A stretch of DNA of 64,000 nt, taken from Diplonema japonicum. Its lineage: Eukaryota; Protista; Euglenozoa: Diplonemea. This document shows, one piece after another, positions 23,284 to 35,173 of this stretch (the first letter of the stretch is position 1; every line of letters starts with the position of its first letter). Location: assembly GCA_964019335.1 (NCBI GenBank), contig OZ025677.1, positions 186,001-250,000 of the forward strand, read 5' to 3'. The notes under the pieces are model-generated. The model was given only the letters and a program-made list of their open reading frames with translations. It had not been told where the DNA came from and did no database searches. The position numbers and the translations under genes were made by a program.

Positions 23284-24045
23284 CGGGGGAAAAAAGAAGA
23301 AAATAGCCTCTCTGAATAGTGCGCCACTACCACCAAAAGGTGCGCATAGCGTTCACTGTTTAAGGGGGCAGAGAGTGGGCGGGGGAACGGGGGGCCCGAT
23401 CGCCCATCCCAAGCTATTTTCCTTCCTTACGTTTTGACTAGTGTTTTTTTTTTTCTCCCCCTTTTTTATTTAAAAAAAGTTTTCCCTCCTTCCGATAAAG
23501 AGCTTCATAACCTCGCTGGCAATAGCACGTGACCAAATTTAAAAAAGGGGGGGGGGGGAGGTCAAAAACGGTCGATAAATATATCTGTGGAATGGAGAGG
23601 GGAGAGGGGTGTCTGGCATGACCCACATGGCATGCTGCATAGCTTCAATTTCAACATATTCTTTTTTTTCCCGGGCCAAAATTGAAGTTTAAGAAAAAAA
23701 AGAAAAATGAAGCGATTGCCTCTGATTTTACGATTTGCTCCCCCCCTCTGGTGACAGTCAAGAAACAATGTGTCAACTTGATTTACCCTGCAACATAAAT
23801 ATAAAATTTGTTTTAAGTACTTAACCCGTTTTTTGGAAAACTGTGACAGTAGTGGTGCCTGTTTGCACCCGTATATACCTACCACTCATGAAATTTCTCT
23901 ATTAGTGGTAGGTGGTTTCCTCACAAAGAAACCCCCAAGGGGGGAAAAAAAAAGGGGGACGGAGAAAACATTACTACTTTTCATTATCGATATTAAGAAA
24001 GGGGAAAAAGAAGATTTGAGGTGGCATTGTTTTTTTTTTTTTTTT

Positions 24046-24076
<31 letters not shown>

Positions 24077-24276
24077 TGTATAACAACTGCTCAGTAAGAG
24101 CAGAAGAGAGTAGTGGTAGCATGCAGTGCACAAACAAATGCTAAAAATCAGCTCTTTTTTTTCTTTTTTTTTTTTTTTTTTTTTTTTTTAATTCTGAGCA
24201 GCTCTCTTAAAGAATTTAGGCTGGAAGATATAAATCAGGTTTCACTTTATTTCACGCCCAGACCTGGGTGTGAAAT

Positions 24277-24920
24277 AATAACTATTTATTTAGTGAATAT
24301 AAGATCCTATGATTTCACACGTGGTGGCAGTGGTTTTGACGAGTGAGGTAACTACTTCACGAGCGAAGCGAGTGTTATAACGTTTAACGAGTCAAAACTG
24401 CCACCACAAACCTTCACAAATACGATATTTTAAACGACAGCAAAATTTGAGTGTGTGGGAGGTACAGGTGGTACCAATTACAACAGGTGTCGGATGTGCC
24501 TCGGTAGTGCACATGTTTCCTGCAAACATCAACGCTGCATAAGCGTGGCGGACGATGCCATACCTCGGTGCTAAAGAATTCTGTTATTTGCTCTTGGGCA
24601 AAGATGTTCGCCTTTTTTGTTGACTCGCCTTCTTGGAACCTCTTGAGGGGGACCTTTAGTCGGGGGTGGTCTTGCAACTGCTTGTTGTAATTCCTCTTCA
24701 CAACCGAGTTTAGCCTTGAATAAACCGTCCGGACTGAACTGGCAGCAGGCCTTGCTTGTTCATGTCGCTGAAATGGAGAATAAAATCCTCTTCTTTCGGA
24801 CGGGCCCTTCTTTTCCTTCCTATAATTATGAAACACACAAAAGCGTGCCCATTCCTTTTCGTATGACTCTTGGAAGGGCTGCGTCCGCCTCTTGTGCAGT
24901 CGGGTTCTTGCCCATCCCAA
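24277..24920 (-). mobile_element. YR/Crypton-like element remnant (E3): hairpin end plus N-terminal YR fragment
   Basis: AATAACTATTTATTTAGTG terminus and hairpin 24321-24407. ORF AASSVRTVYSRLNSVVKRNYNKQLQDHPRL aligns with E0 KASSLWCLYSKLNATFKAKYNCKLQAWPRL. Confidence 0.8.
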
Positions 24921-25217
24921 AGGACCCTTGGTAGAAACTCTTGGAGGGTTTTGCTTAAATTAGGCCCAGGAGTGAAATAATATTTCTTATTTTAACGCTA
25001 TCAGAATTTTTTCACTCCTAGGCCTAATTTCTTTTAGAAGCCGGAGCGTGAAAATAAAGTCAGGAGTGAAATAAAGTGAATTCTCATTTTCACTCCCATG
25101 AAAATTTTGGTGGAGTTAAATAAAGTATCTGATTTTTTCCTCATGTTTTTAAGCCAAACGTTGCTGGGCGTGAAAATCAGGTACTTTATTTCACGCCCAC
25201 AGTCATTTTCTAGCAAA

Positions 25218-25380
25218 ATGGAAGAAACCGAAGGCGACCGGGAAGCGAGCCAAGGGCATCAGCTCGAGAAAGAGGCCAAAACTGTGATGGAAGACAGGCT
25301 TCCAACGGCAAGCAAAATGGCCTACAGGAAGGAGTGGGAGAGGTTTTGCACCTACCACTCGATCAAACCCAATAGAAAAG
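25218..25380 (+). pseudogene. N-terminal fragment of another YR of the same family
   Basis: LPTASKMAYRKEWERFCTYH is similar to QESYEKEWARFCVFH in E3. Preceded by family-type GTGAAAATAAAGT palindromic repeats (24955-25200). Confidence 0.6.
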
Positions 25381-25736
25381 CACGGTCAACTGTTGAACAA
25401 ACACAGCAGTCCCCTGCAACGCCCCCTTCAGCCCTGCCCCCCTCGACACAGCCCATTTCTTCAACAGTGCACAGAATCACGTTTCCTCATTTCCTCTGAA
25501 ATGCACGCACAAACAGTTTTATAGTGGGAACAATTCTGCAAGTTTTAGTCATTCTCAAAAGACGACAAAAGAAAGCGAAGGTTACTGTTGGAGGAGGTAA
25601 ATACAGCAGCTTGTCAGTTATTTTTTTTTCTTTTTTTTTTTTTCTTCCTTGATCAGGGGAGGAAAATGAAGTGAGAGGAGGGGAGAGAAGAGGAAATCTG
25701 GCGTATTTTCTGTAAGGGGAAAATCTTTTTTTTCTG

Positions 25737-25780
<44 letters not shown>

Positions 25781-26226
25781 AGAGAAAAAAAAGCGAACCC
25801 CCCTACTCAGCTTGCAGTATAAAAAAAAAATCTTTTTTTAAAAATTGTAGCGATGAATATCAGACAATTTCTCTCCCCCTTCTTTTTTTCTTTTTTCCTC
25901 CTCCGCCTTTCTTTTTTTTTGGGGGGGTGTATCAGTTAAAGTTTTGTAGGTGTGCACTACCCAAGCTCGCACCAAGGCCAACGGCACCTTGGGTTGCCCA
26001 TCTCGGGGAGAATAAAAAAAACAAAAGTCACCCTGAGTGCACCATTGGCAGTGTGGGGGGGGGGGGGGGGGGGAGTTTTTTTTATAAGAAGAAAATAGGG
26101 AGAGGTAGTTTTATAGAAGATTTCCTGAAGGTACTTCTAGATGACCCAATTAGAACTAGAACTAGAAAAAACCCCTATTCCTTTTTGTTCTTTTTAAATC
26201 ACAAAATGGCAAAAGGAAAAAAAAAA

Positions 26227-27305
26227 AATGACTATTTACTAAATAAAAATCAGATTACCTGATTTTTACGAAGAATTTTTTTTTTCACGAGTAGTTGAAT
26301 TTCACGAGCGAAGCGAGTGAAATTCAAAAAAACGAGTGGCTGATTTTTATCTTCTAAAGTATGATATTTTACTTAATTTTTGCAAAGTTAAATGAGGAAA
26401 TTTCGGACACTGTAAACCCTTTATGTTCACTTCTGCGAAATATTCACATTGATGTCAAAACTAAGCCTGATTGCCGAAGATGATGTCAAATTGACAGAAT
26501 TCTGTAGGTTTTGTGTAATTTGTGTCGGCACTTGATCATCGCTCTTCAGAAACTGCTGGTTTTGTGCAGGGGCTTGATCAGATCTGACTTCCAGCCAAAA
26601 TAGCAGGTTCCTTCATCAACAAGGTATCGTGCAAAAGAACGCCTGTATGCATGGCCAGTGTAATTTTCGGCATTTGCCGGCCTCAGGTGTGATGCTTGGT
26701 GGCTCGGAAACCTGGTAAAGTGTGTTTATGCCTCTTTTGCCTCGGATACCTGGCTGTGTTTTGGGCAGGTTGGGTTACGTCTCATATTTTGCGAACCAGT
26801 TAATTTATATGTCGAGTGACGTTTGTAAAAGCGCAACATGCTGTAGCTCAGTGGTAGCTCAGTGGTAGCTCAGTGGTAGCTCAGTGGTAGCTCAGTGGTA
26901 GCTCAGTGGTAGCTCAGTGGTAGCTCAGTGGTAGCTCAGTGGTTATGTCGTCGCACTCGTCTCCTGGAGACGCCAGATCAAATCCCGGACCTCGAACTTT
27001 TTCGATAAAATCGGGGTCAAAAAAACGGTCCCTCCCCTGAAACCCTGGCCGAGGGTCCTGACCACTGACCTACGGCGGTGTTAGCGGCCGCCAGATGCAA
27101 AAAATGAAGACGAATACCGAAAAAGCCCGAAAATTGCTCAGAGTAAAAATCAGATTTTACTTTGCATTTACTGCACTTTTTTAAGCCAAATTCGGCCTAT
27201 TACTTTGCATTTATTCTTCACTTTGCATTTACTCGTGAACGGCAAAGTGATTTCTGATTTTTATGGCCCTTTAGAAATTTCCTTATGTAACTTTGCGGAA
27301 TTAAG

Positions 27306-27309
<4 letters not shown>
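26227..27309 (-). mobile_element. Non-autonomous YR/Crypton-like hairpin element (E4), different subfamily
   Basis: Terminus AATGACTATTTA. Hairpin core TTGAATTTCACGAGCGAAGCGAGTGAAATTCAA (26295-26327). ~34-bp IRs at 26370-26404 and 27274-27307. Confidence 0.75.
26844..26942 (+). repeat. 9 x 11-bp perfect tandem repeat TAGCTCAGTGG (tRNA A-box)
   Basis: Counted directly. Followed by a degenerate B-box AGATCAAATCCC at about 26975-26986. Confidence 0.9.
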
Positions 27310-27350
<41 letters not shown>

Positions 27351-27563
27351 ATATATATGAGCTTGTCCGGAAAAAAAATGCCAACACCTTTTTTGGAAGT
27401 TCGAAATTTTTTTGTTTTGATTATTTGAGCAAAAAAAGGGCAGCATGCAACCATAGGAAGATGACATACATGGTGTACCTGTTGCCGTTCTTTCAATTGC
27501 GGTGCTTGTTTTGCCATGAGGGTGGCGATAAAGAGCCCAAAACCACCCAAAATGATTTGTTGA

Positions 27564-27596
<33 letters not shown>

Positions 27597-27637
27597 CCCA
27601 GACAGACTCACAAAAAAATATTATAATAATAACGATC

Positions 27638-27681
<44 letters not shown>

Positions 27682-28265
27682 CCCTTTTTGTTTTGTTTTT
27701 TTTTTTCTTCTTTTCTTTTTTCTTCTTCTTCTTCTTCTTTTTTTTTTTCCCGGTCTTTCACCTCATACATGAAGGACAATCGGGAAGAATGGTTTTTGAA
27801 AAACTTCTAAACTTAGTTTTTCTCTTTTTTTTCCTCCCTATTGTTTTCCTTTTTTTTTTTTTTTTTTTTTTTTTTGAGAAACGCTAACTTGAGCCCTGAG
27901 TGTTGGGAGCAGGACCCCCAGTAAGAGAAAAAGGGGTCTCGTTTGGTAATTCAAAAATCTGGGGAAGCTGCCTTTGAGCATTTCGAAAATTTGGGGGTCA
28001 AGTTAGCACTCTATCCTCTTTTTTTTTTTTATTTTTTTTTTTTTTTATCAACAGCCATGATTTTCTGTTGTTCTGTTCACCGTTGTTAACGTTTCTTTCT
28101 TTTAGCGTGTGTCCAGTTGGAGCTAACCGCCTATCTATTTTTTTTCTCCTCTATTCATATTTGTAAGAGTCTTTTTTCTTGGGGGGGGAGGGATTTCTTT
28201 TACCGTTGTTTCCTTCCCTGATAAATAATAATAATAATAATAAGAAAAGAATAGTAACCTCGCCA

Positions 28266-28712
28266 TCAATCCCCCCCCCAGTCGTCGAGGAGCTCTGGGG
28301 GTTCGTCATCCGAGTCTTCCGACACGGCAGGACGGTGCTCGGCCTTTGCTTTATTGAGCACATCACAGGAGGTGCCCTTGAGGACAGAATCGCCGAACCT
28401 CTCATAGCGTTCCAAGATGGTGTTCTTCTTTCTTCGCACGTGCAGCATCTCGCACTCCGTTCCTTTCTTGCAGTAGTCATGCAAGAAGGCCATGCAACGT
28501 GGGACATTGCTACTGGGTATCTTCCATCGTCCTTGACATTCCCGACACCGCAGTACCTTGTGGCCCTTTCGAGTCCGCACGTCATCCCAGTCGTTGTGGC
28601 TGCATGGCTTGATGGAGTCGTTGCCTTCTACTGCTGCTGCTGCTGCTGCTGCTGCCACTGCTTTTGGCACCTCGGGAGCAGCCTCGAAGCCCGAGGCGTC
28701 GGCAGCATGCAT
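28266..28712 (-). CDS. Small zinc-finger protein (CxHNxWD...CRxC plus CCCH finger)
   Basis: PCSHNDWDDVRTRKGHKVLRCRECQ followed by C-x7-C-x5-C-x3-H (CMAFLHDYCKKGTECEMLH). Confidence 0.75.
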   Translation of the reverse strand: MHAADASGFEAAPEVPKAVAAAAAAAAVEGNDSIKPCSHNDWDDVRTRKGHKVLRCRECQGRWKIPSSNVPRCMAFLHDYCKKGTECEMLHVRRKKNTILERYERFGDSVLKGTSCDVLNKAKAEHRPAVSEDSDDEPPELLDDWGGD

Positions 28713-28776
28713 GTTCCTCTCCCTCCCTCCCCCTTGGTTGTATTTTTATTATGAAAGGTGGGGGTGGGGGGGATTC

Positions 28777-29772
28777 TCAATGACTGCAAATGAACTCCGC
28801 AATCCTCCCCACTGCATAACCCGCCTCGGGGAACACCCCTGTGAAGATCGGGAAGCAGTGGCACATGTTCCTGGCGACCCACAGTTTGGAGTCGACGCCC
28901 GCGGTCACTGCCTTGGCGTGTGCCCGTGTGCTGTCCTCGAGGAGCACCTCCTTCGTGCCGACGACGAAGTAAAGAGGAGGAAGCCCTTCGAACCCACCGT
29001 GCAAAGGAGAGCAGGTCGGCGAAGAAGGATCGGGTATGAAACCGTGAACTATCCCGGCATACTGTTTAAGAAGCTCGGGGCTGAGAATGCAATCGTGGAC
29101 GGTGGACTGCAAGGAGTAAGTTAAAGATAGATCCGTCCACGGTGACAGAAGTACGGCACAGGCAGGCATGGGCAAGGTGGAAACAGATCGCATCTTTTGC
29201 AACGCGAGAAGAACAAGACCTCCCCCAGCGGAATCGCCGAGGAAGCTGATCTCCCGCGGTGAGATGTTATCAATGGTGAGGAGCGCTTTGTAGACAGCCA
29301 GCACATCGTCGACAGCGTCCTCCACACTGTTCTCTGGGCACAGCCTGTAGTCCACGGAGAGGACACTGCCGTTGATGGCTTTGCTGAGCGTGTGGGAGAA
29401 GCCTGAAAAGACCTCAGGGGCGCCTGTTGCGTAGCCACCTCCATGGAGCTGAATGACCACTCTTTCGAGCCCCGTGAACTCCACGCAGCGTACGCCTGCC
29501 ATGAGCCGTGTGCGGCCGTTGAAGGTCCCTATGGCGTGTCCCAAGGAGCACACACCCCGCCTCTTCTGCTGTACTGCGACGCTCTTCCTTAGCCCCAGCT
29601 TTATGAACAGCATCATCAAGGCATCGAATTTTAAAAAATCGTCGCTCGGCGGCATACCGTTCACCCACGACGTGTCGACCCACCACCACCCCACCACCCT
29701 TTGCCATAGCACCAGGACCACTCCTAGGACAGTCCCCTGCACACCTTTTTGGGTGGGCGTCGTGTCAAACAT
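28777..29772 (-). CDS. Alpha/beta hydrolase, hormone-sensitive-lipase-like esterase
   Basis: HGGGY oxyanion motif, DYRLCPE, GDSAGG nucleophile, and E/H in GTKEVLLED...MCHCF. Confidence 0.9.
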   Translation of the reverse strand: MFDTTPTQKGVQGTVLGVVLVLWQRVVGWWWVDTSWVNGMPPSDDFLKFDALMMLFIKLGLRKSVAVQQKRRGVCSLGHAIGTFNGRTRLMAGVRCVEFTGLERVVIQLHGGGYATGAPEVFSGFSHTLSKAINGSVLSVDYRLCPENSVEDAVDDVLAVYKALLTIDNISPREISFLGDSAGGGLVLLALQKMRSVSTLPMPACAVLLSPWTDLSLTYSLQSTVHDCILSPELLKQYAGIVHGFIPDPSSPTCSPLHGGFEGLPPLYFVVGTKEVLLEDSTRAHAKAVTAGVDSKLWVARNMCHCFPIFTGVFPEAGYAVGRIAEFICSH

Positions 29773-29829
29773 TATTTTTTTTTTTTTCTCGTACTTTGTT
29801 TAATGAGTTTGCCGGCAAAAGAAAACAAT

Positions 29830-30180
29830 TTTTATTTCACGGTTGCCAGAATTTCGAGTTAAACCCGCCACCCACAAGTGAAATAATGCCACTTCTTTTC
29901 ATTTAATATGTTGTTTTATTTAATAAGAGCCGGGTTTGAAAGGGTGGGGTACAGGTTACAAGAAGAAATCAAAACTGAGAGGCTCAAGTTACCAGTTCTC
30001 GTTAGTTTTAACATTAAAATAGGTGCAGGAGTGACATAATGTAACATTATATCACTCCTGTACATTATGTCACTCCTGGGCCTTATTTCTCTATAAACTG
30101 GGAGTGAAAATAAAGTTGAGCGTGATATAAGGTGAAATCTTATTTTCACGCCCTTGAAAAACTGGCTTGAATTAAATAAC
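29830..30180 (-). mobile_element. Short non-autonomous YR/Crypton-like derivative (E5)
   Basis: Co-linear with E2 (GAGTTAAAC...CCACAAGTGAAA...GTTGTTTTATTTAA...TTTGAAAGGGTGGGG and far end CCCTTGAAAA). Internal palindrome at 30024-30064. Confidence 0.7.
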
Positions 30181-30618
30181 ATAAACAAAAACAAAAAACG
30201 TTCTGAAGATAAAAAAACTTTTAATCGTGTGGGTTAGGTCATCCTTGCCTTTCCTCCGTCTACCCATTGTGCGGGAAGGCAGAAAATTTCTTCACTTTGA
30301 TCTCGCTCAAAGAGGAAGACATCTAGATTTTTTTTTCTCTCCTTTTTTTGTTCTTTTTTCTTCTTCTTTCTTTTTTTTTTTTTTTTTTTTTTTTTTTTCT
30401 TTTTTTTTTTCTTTGCGCTCGCAACGGTTACAAGTCTTCATTTTATGATGTAAAGAAAAAGAAAAAAAAAAAAGAGAAAAAGACATTTATCCGCTATCGC
30501 GTAACGCTGACCAAACATTTCTTTTTTCTTTTGGATTACGAATAACTTGGTCGTTTCTGTTCATCCTTTTTTTTTTTCTTTTTTTTTTTCCTTTGTTTTT
30601 TTTTTTTCTTTTCTTCAA

Positions 30619-31470
30619 TCATTGCAAACCGCAGCATTGGCATTCTGACTCCAATGTAGGGGTGTCTTTCTGCACAACGTGGCCTTCGTCCCATTCATCA
30701 AACTTCTGAGATATAGGCCCCAGGAGGGCCTTGATGACCCAGTCCCCGCGTCCGAAACGCTGGCAGTTCCCACTGCTGAGGACCTGGTCCCTCTCTGAGT
30801 AGTAGTCGTCGGTCACGTCAACGGCAGCGAACTGCTTGTCGAAGGTGTCCAGCCATGACACGGAGGCTTCATCAGCAGTGCAGGCAAGGATCTGGAACTT
30901 GAAGGTGCACCGTGTGTTCTCCTTCCCGACAATTCTCGCCACAAGATGCATGAACCTCTCGTGCCCGCCATTGGGCTCACCATCAGTCGCTATTATCAGT
31001 AGAACTGGTTGTTCCGAACAGTCGTCCTCACGCTCTCTCACCACCCTCTCCACTGTCTCGGTCAAAGGAGTGGACCCCCTTGGTGGGGCAGATAGTGCCA
31101 TGTAAAGATCCGGGTCATCACTCGATTTGATTCCCTTCAATGAAGGCCTATTCAGGAAGTGCAGGTCTATCCCATCATCGTCAAACACACATGCCAGCTC
31201 CGCAACCATCTTCACTGTCTCACCAAGCTCCTCCCACCTTGTCCTCGACGTGCTCCCCAGTACTCTCTGCGAGGCAGGTACGCTGGACAAGCTCATGCTC
31301 CCCGAGTCATCCAAGATGAACACAATATCATATCCCTCCAAGGCAACAAGGTCGTTGGCTTCCGCTATCGTTATCTCGTACTTGGTCAGGATGTTCTCCA
31401 ATCTGTCCAGCTTGTTGTCGTCATTCGCGCAGCTCCCAAACGGTGGGGCTGAGGGCTCGGGGGTGTACAT
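30619..31470 (-). CDS. von Willebrand factor A domain protein
   Basis: MIDAS motif DDSGSM, T in GSTPL, IIATDGEP. C-terminal CQCCGLQ is a possible lipidation site. Confidence 0.88.
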   Translation of the reverse strand: MYTPEPSAPPFGSCANDDNKLDRLENILTKYEITIAEANDLVALEGYDIVFILDDSGSMSLSSVPASQRVLGSTSRTRWEELGETVKMVAELACVFDDDGIDLHFLNRPSLKGIKSSDDPDLYMALSAPPRGSTPLTETVERVVREREDDCSEQPVLLIIATDGEPNGGHERFMHLVARIVGKENTRCTFKFQILACTADEASVSWLDTFDKQFAAVDVTDDYYSERDQVLSSGNCQRFGRGDWVIKALLGPISQKFDEWDEGHVVQKDTPTLESECQCCGLQ

Positions 31471-32259
31471 GCTGCTGCCTTTTTCCCCCCCTCTTTTTTT
31501 TTTTTTAATTCTCAGATATGCGTTCTCCGCCCGTCACCTGCCGACAAGGTGCCAGAAAGTGGGAACACTGCTTCGCCGCACAAGGAGTACAGCGCTAAGG
31601 TAATACCAGCTGTCCACTTCAGCATGTGGCACGAATACAATGGCCTGCCATCATCGCAACCGAAGCAGTGGACGGCACAAAAACCACAAAAACGTAGTGG
31701 AGCCCCCAGAGTAAAAGATGAGAATCAACAACAAGAAGTAAAGGAGGGAAGGGGAGGGGGAAGGAATTTTTTTTATTTTTCATTTTTTTTTTTTTTTTTT
31801 TTTTTTTTGCCCCTTAAAACGCCGAATCGTCCAAAATTTGGATGGTTGAATTATTCTTTTCTTTTAGGGTGCCTACCGTTAGTTGGCTTTCCTCAGAAAG
31901 GATTCTCAATAAAGGGAAGCGATGCATCCCACGCAAGTGGTGTGCCGGATCTGAACCTGCAAGCCACACCGCCCATGACCATGGGTGCTTCGCCTAGTGC
32001 TATGTAGGTTGCAGGGCTATGGCTGCACACCGCACTTTTTCTTTTAGTAAAAATTGGACGCAAAAATCGGTCTAAGCGTTAAGGAGACACATAATCATCA
32101 GAACCAAACCTGAAGAAAAAAAAAGGGCAGGCGGGGCGGGGGGAGATCGGGAATCCAGTTTAGAAATACATTTTCAGGCAGGGGGAAGGGGGGGGGGGGG
32201 GGGTATAAAACTTCCGTTTTAATCTCGTTGCAGGTTTATTATTATTATTATTATTATTT

Positions 32260-32303
<44 letters not shown>

Positions 32304-32638
32304 CTGCGTCTAACTCTGACCCCCAAGTTTTCAAAATGCTCAAAATCCGCCCCAAACCGCCCAAAAGTCAGCCCCCCTTAGTTTCAAAAAGTGCTTTGAG
32401 GTACATTGGCATTTATGAAACCCCTTTTTCTCTCCTAAATAGACCTTGGGCATTTCTCAAACAAAAAAAAGGGGGGGGGAGGGGGGGGTTGATTAAGTTA
32501 GCAGGTTTTTCTCCTTTCTTTGTTACTCCCTTCATTCAATACCTCCCTGAAAACGGGCCTAAATTTAAGAGGAGTAGGGGGAGGGGATATCTATATATAA
32601 AACAAAAAAAAAAAGACAACCTCCACAACATCACACTG

Positions 32639-33910
32639 CTACTCAAGAAGCGGTGACTGTGGGGGTATCCGAGTTGGCAGAGACGAGCTGCGCGTGCTAG
32701 GAGGAGTGGGAGCAGGTGTCCGCGACCTCCCTCTCGAGGAGGTGCGGGTTCGGGACGAAGAATTGTGCCCCGACCGAAGCTTATCGCTTTGCAGTGTGAT
32801 GGCAGAGGTCCAATCGAGCGCCTCCTTCGGAGAGGCCGCCCTGAAGTAAAGACACTCCCTAGAAGACTTCACTGTGAAATCACACCCGCTGATAAACCTG
32901 AGCTCAAGGGAGTCGACATCAACAAGGGGTATCTGGATATATCTCCGTGCCCAAAAGGACGTCTTCTGCTTCCAACATAAAATCGTGTCAGAAAATAAAA
33001 ACAAGGTAGCAGCAGTGTACTGGTCAGGCACGCTCCCCCTCGCCTTCGACAGCGTTCCTTCCTTGATGATTATCCTGCAGGGTTGTTGCAGGTCGGGGAT
33101 CTTCATCTTTTTTCCGAGCTCGCCGACCTTTTGAAACGAGTCAGATTCCTTCTTCCGCTGGTTGCAGTACACGACAAGCTCGTTGATTTCTTGTTTAAGA
33201 AGATACGCCTCACGGCTGCCCTCCTTTTGACACAACAGCTCTGTGAACTGAAGGTATTTAGTAAGCCGCTGCACTGGGGTTATCGACAACCCGTAGAACG
33301 ACGAATCGTACCCCGTCGGTAGTAAAGGGTCGGCTTGCAATGTGCAATAATCCAGTTCTTCCACCTCGGCTGTGACCATTTTGACACAGGTTTCATACAT
33401 GCTTATGTACTCTGAGTAGACAACCATGCGTGGGAGGTGCTGGGAGAGGATGTCGGTTATGGAGGGCGGGGTCGGGTCCCGTTTCCACTTTCGTAGATCG
33501 AACAGTAGCATTTCGTTGCACCTCCTCACGAGCTTCGCGGCGCTCAGCCACCGTTCTAAAAGCGCTTTTTCCCGCTTTGCCTTGCCCCTCCCTTTTTTCT
33601 CGCAGATTTTTGATATGTAAACATCACACAGAACCTCTACTCCAGCAACATACTTCTCCTCCGTTGTAATCAGCTCATGGATAACGCCATTCAGCGATCT
33701 TTCTTCGTTATAAGGGCACGAAGGAGGTGGCGTGGCGCGGGACTGCTGTGTGTCTCCTTCGTCGTCGGACTCATACGAGTGGAACGACAACGATTCCCAA
33801 GTATCTTCCTCACTGGCTGTCCAGCTGGAGGTCAGGGACCCTGGCACAGCATCGCTTACCTGTGGTACCTCTGTTTTATACTGCAGCTCCCCCCCGCTCA
33901 CGGGGTCCAT
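32639..33910 (-). CDS. RhoGEF (DH-PH domain protein)
   Basis: ATG at 33910. DH motifs VIHELITTEEKYV and ITPVQRLTKY. PH motifs IIKEGTLSK...LFLFSDTIL...EALDWTSAI. Confidence 0.88.
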   Translation of the reverse strand: MDPVSGGELQYKTEVPQVSDAVPGSLTSSWTASEEDTWESLSFHSYESDDEGDTQQSRATPPPSCPYNEERSLNGVIHELITTEEKYVAGVEVLCDVYISKICEKKGRGKAKREKALLERWLSAAKLVRRCNEMLLFDLRKWKRDPTPPSITDILSQHLPRMVVYSEYISMYETCVKMVTAEVEELDYCTLQADPLLPTGYDSSFYGLSITPVQRLTKYLQFTELLCQKEGSREAYLLKQEINELVVYCNQRKKESDSFQKVGELGKKMKIPDLQQPCRIIIKEGTLSKARGSVPDQYTAATLFLFSDTILCWKQKTSFWARRYIQIPLVDVDSLELRFISGCDFTVKSSRECLYFRAASPKEALDWTSAITLQSDKLRSGHNSSSRTRTSSRGRSRTPAPTPPSTRSSSLPTRIPPQSPLLE

Positions 33911-34173
33911 ATTTGCTTTGCTTTTGACAGCCTTCGTTCTTTTCCCCTGTGTGTGTGTGTGTTTTTTTTGGAAAAAAGGGAACGGGGATGATGAAGGGGA
34001 ATATGTTGGCGTAAAGAAAAAATGAAGAGAGAGAAATGAAAGAAAAGAAGAGGGGGGGGTCGGGAGAAACTGGTGGAAAGATATAAGAAAAGGGACTTCC
34101 TTGGGGGAGAAACACAAAGGGCGGAAACAAAAGAAATATGGCAAGTTTTGCTTTCTCTTTTTTTTTTATGTAC

Positions 34174-34207
<34 letters not shown>

Positions 34208-34237
34208 CCATTGTCACACGAATACTTGTAAGAAAAG

Positions 34238-34275
<38 letters not shown>

Positions 34276-34333
34276 CTTTTTTTTTTTTTTCCCTCTTCTT
34301 TTCCCCGTTCTACCCCTGGCGGCGAGAGTACCT

Positions 34334-34375
<42 letters not shown>

Positions 34376-34898
34376 CTCATTCTTTTTTTTTTTCTCTTTA
34401 TAATTCGTGGCGAAAAACTAAAAGCGGCACTTAGACCAGTGAAAACAGGAGTCCGTTCCACATATAAATAAAAGTGAAAAACACCCGCTGTCCTTTTCGC
34501 GTCGAGAGCCTGTCACGGAGCTTGACATTTGTCAGCCCGACATTTTCACTCTGCAGTAACTTTAGCTATTCTTCGTACCATTTTTTCTCAAAAGGGCCGC
34601 TGCCCCTGAAGGGGGCACATGAACGAAGACAACAAGAACCCCCCCCCCCCCCCCCCCCCCCCCCTCGCTTTTCTTTTTCTCGAGTTTTTTGTATTTCATA
34701 CCAGCCGAGCGAAGCGAAGAAGATTACACACATCAAGATGAGCCCGATGATCAAAGCGACAACGTCAGCACCACCCATTTTTTTTTTTTTTTTCTTTTTT
34801 TTCAAATTTCTCTGAAACATAAGTACGACAACAACAAAAAAAGAGAAAAAAAAAAAGGGAAACGCAATATCATGGAGAATCAGAGGAGAATCAAAATT

Positions 34899-34934
<36 letters not shown>

Positions 34935-35124
34935 AGTCTGCACCAGGCACTCTTAAAAGGCGCCTGAGCATCTTTATAAGCGCAAGGTCCGCTTAGTCCA
35001 AGAAAGTACAGATACAACTCGCTGCAAGACCTTTTCACGCGAGGATAAAACTAAAGGGAATACTGCAGAAGAAAGAAAAGAATAATGCATCGACTTCTCT
35101 TTAAGAGTTCGGGTGCTTTTTTTT

Positions 35125-35173
<49 letters not shown>

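Noticed and set aside
26844-26942. Possible CRISPR array or telomeric repeat
   Set aside because: No spacers, and the unit is an 11-bp tRNA A-box in an internal location.
34704-34718. CGAGCGAAGCGA motif like the YR hairpin apex
   Set aside because: No flanking stem, terminus or IRs; probably a chance match within a small ORF.
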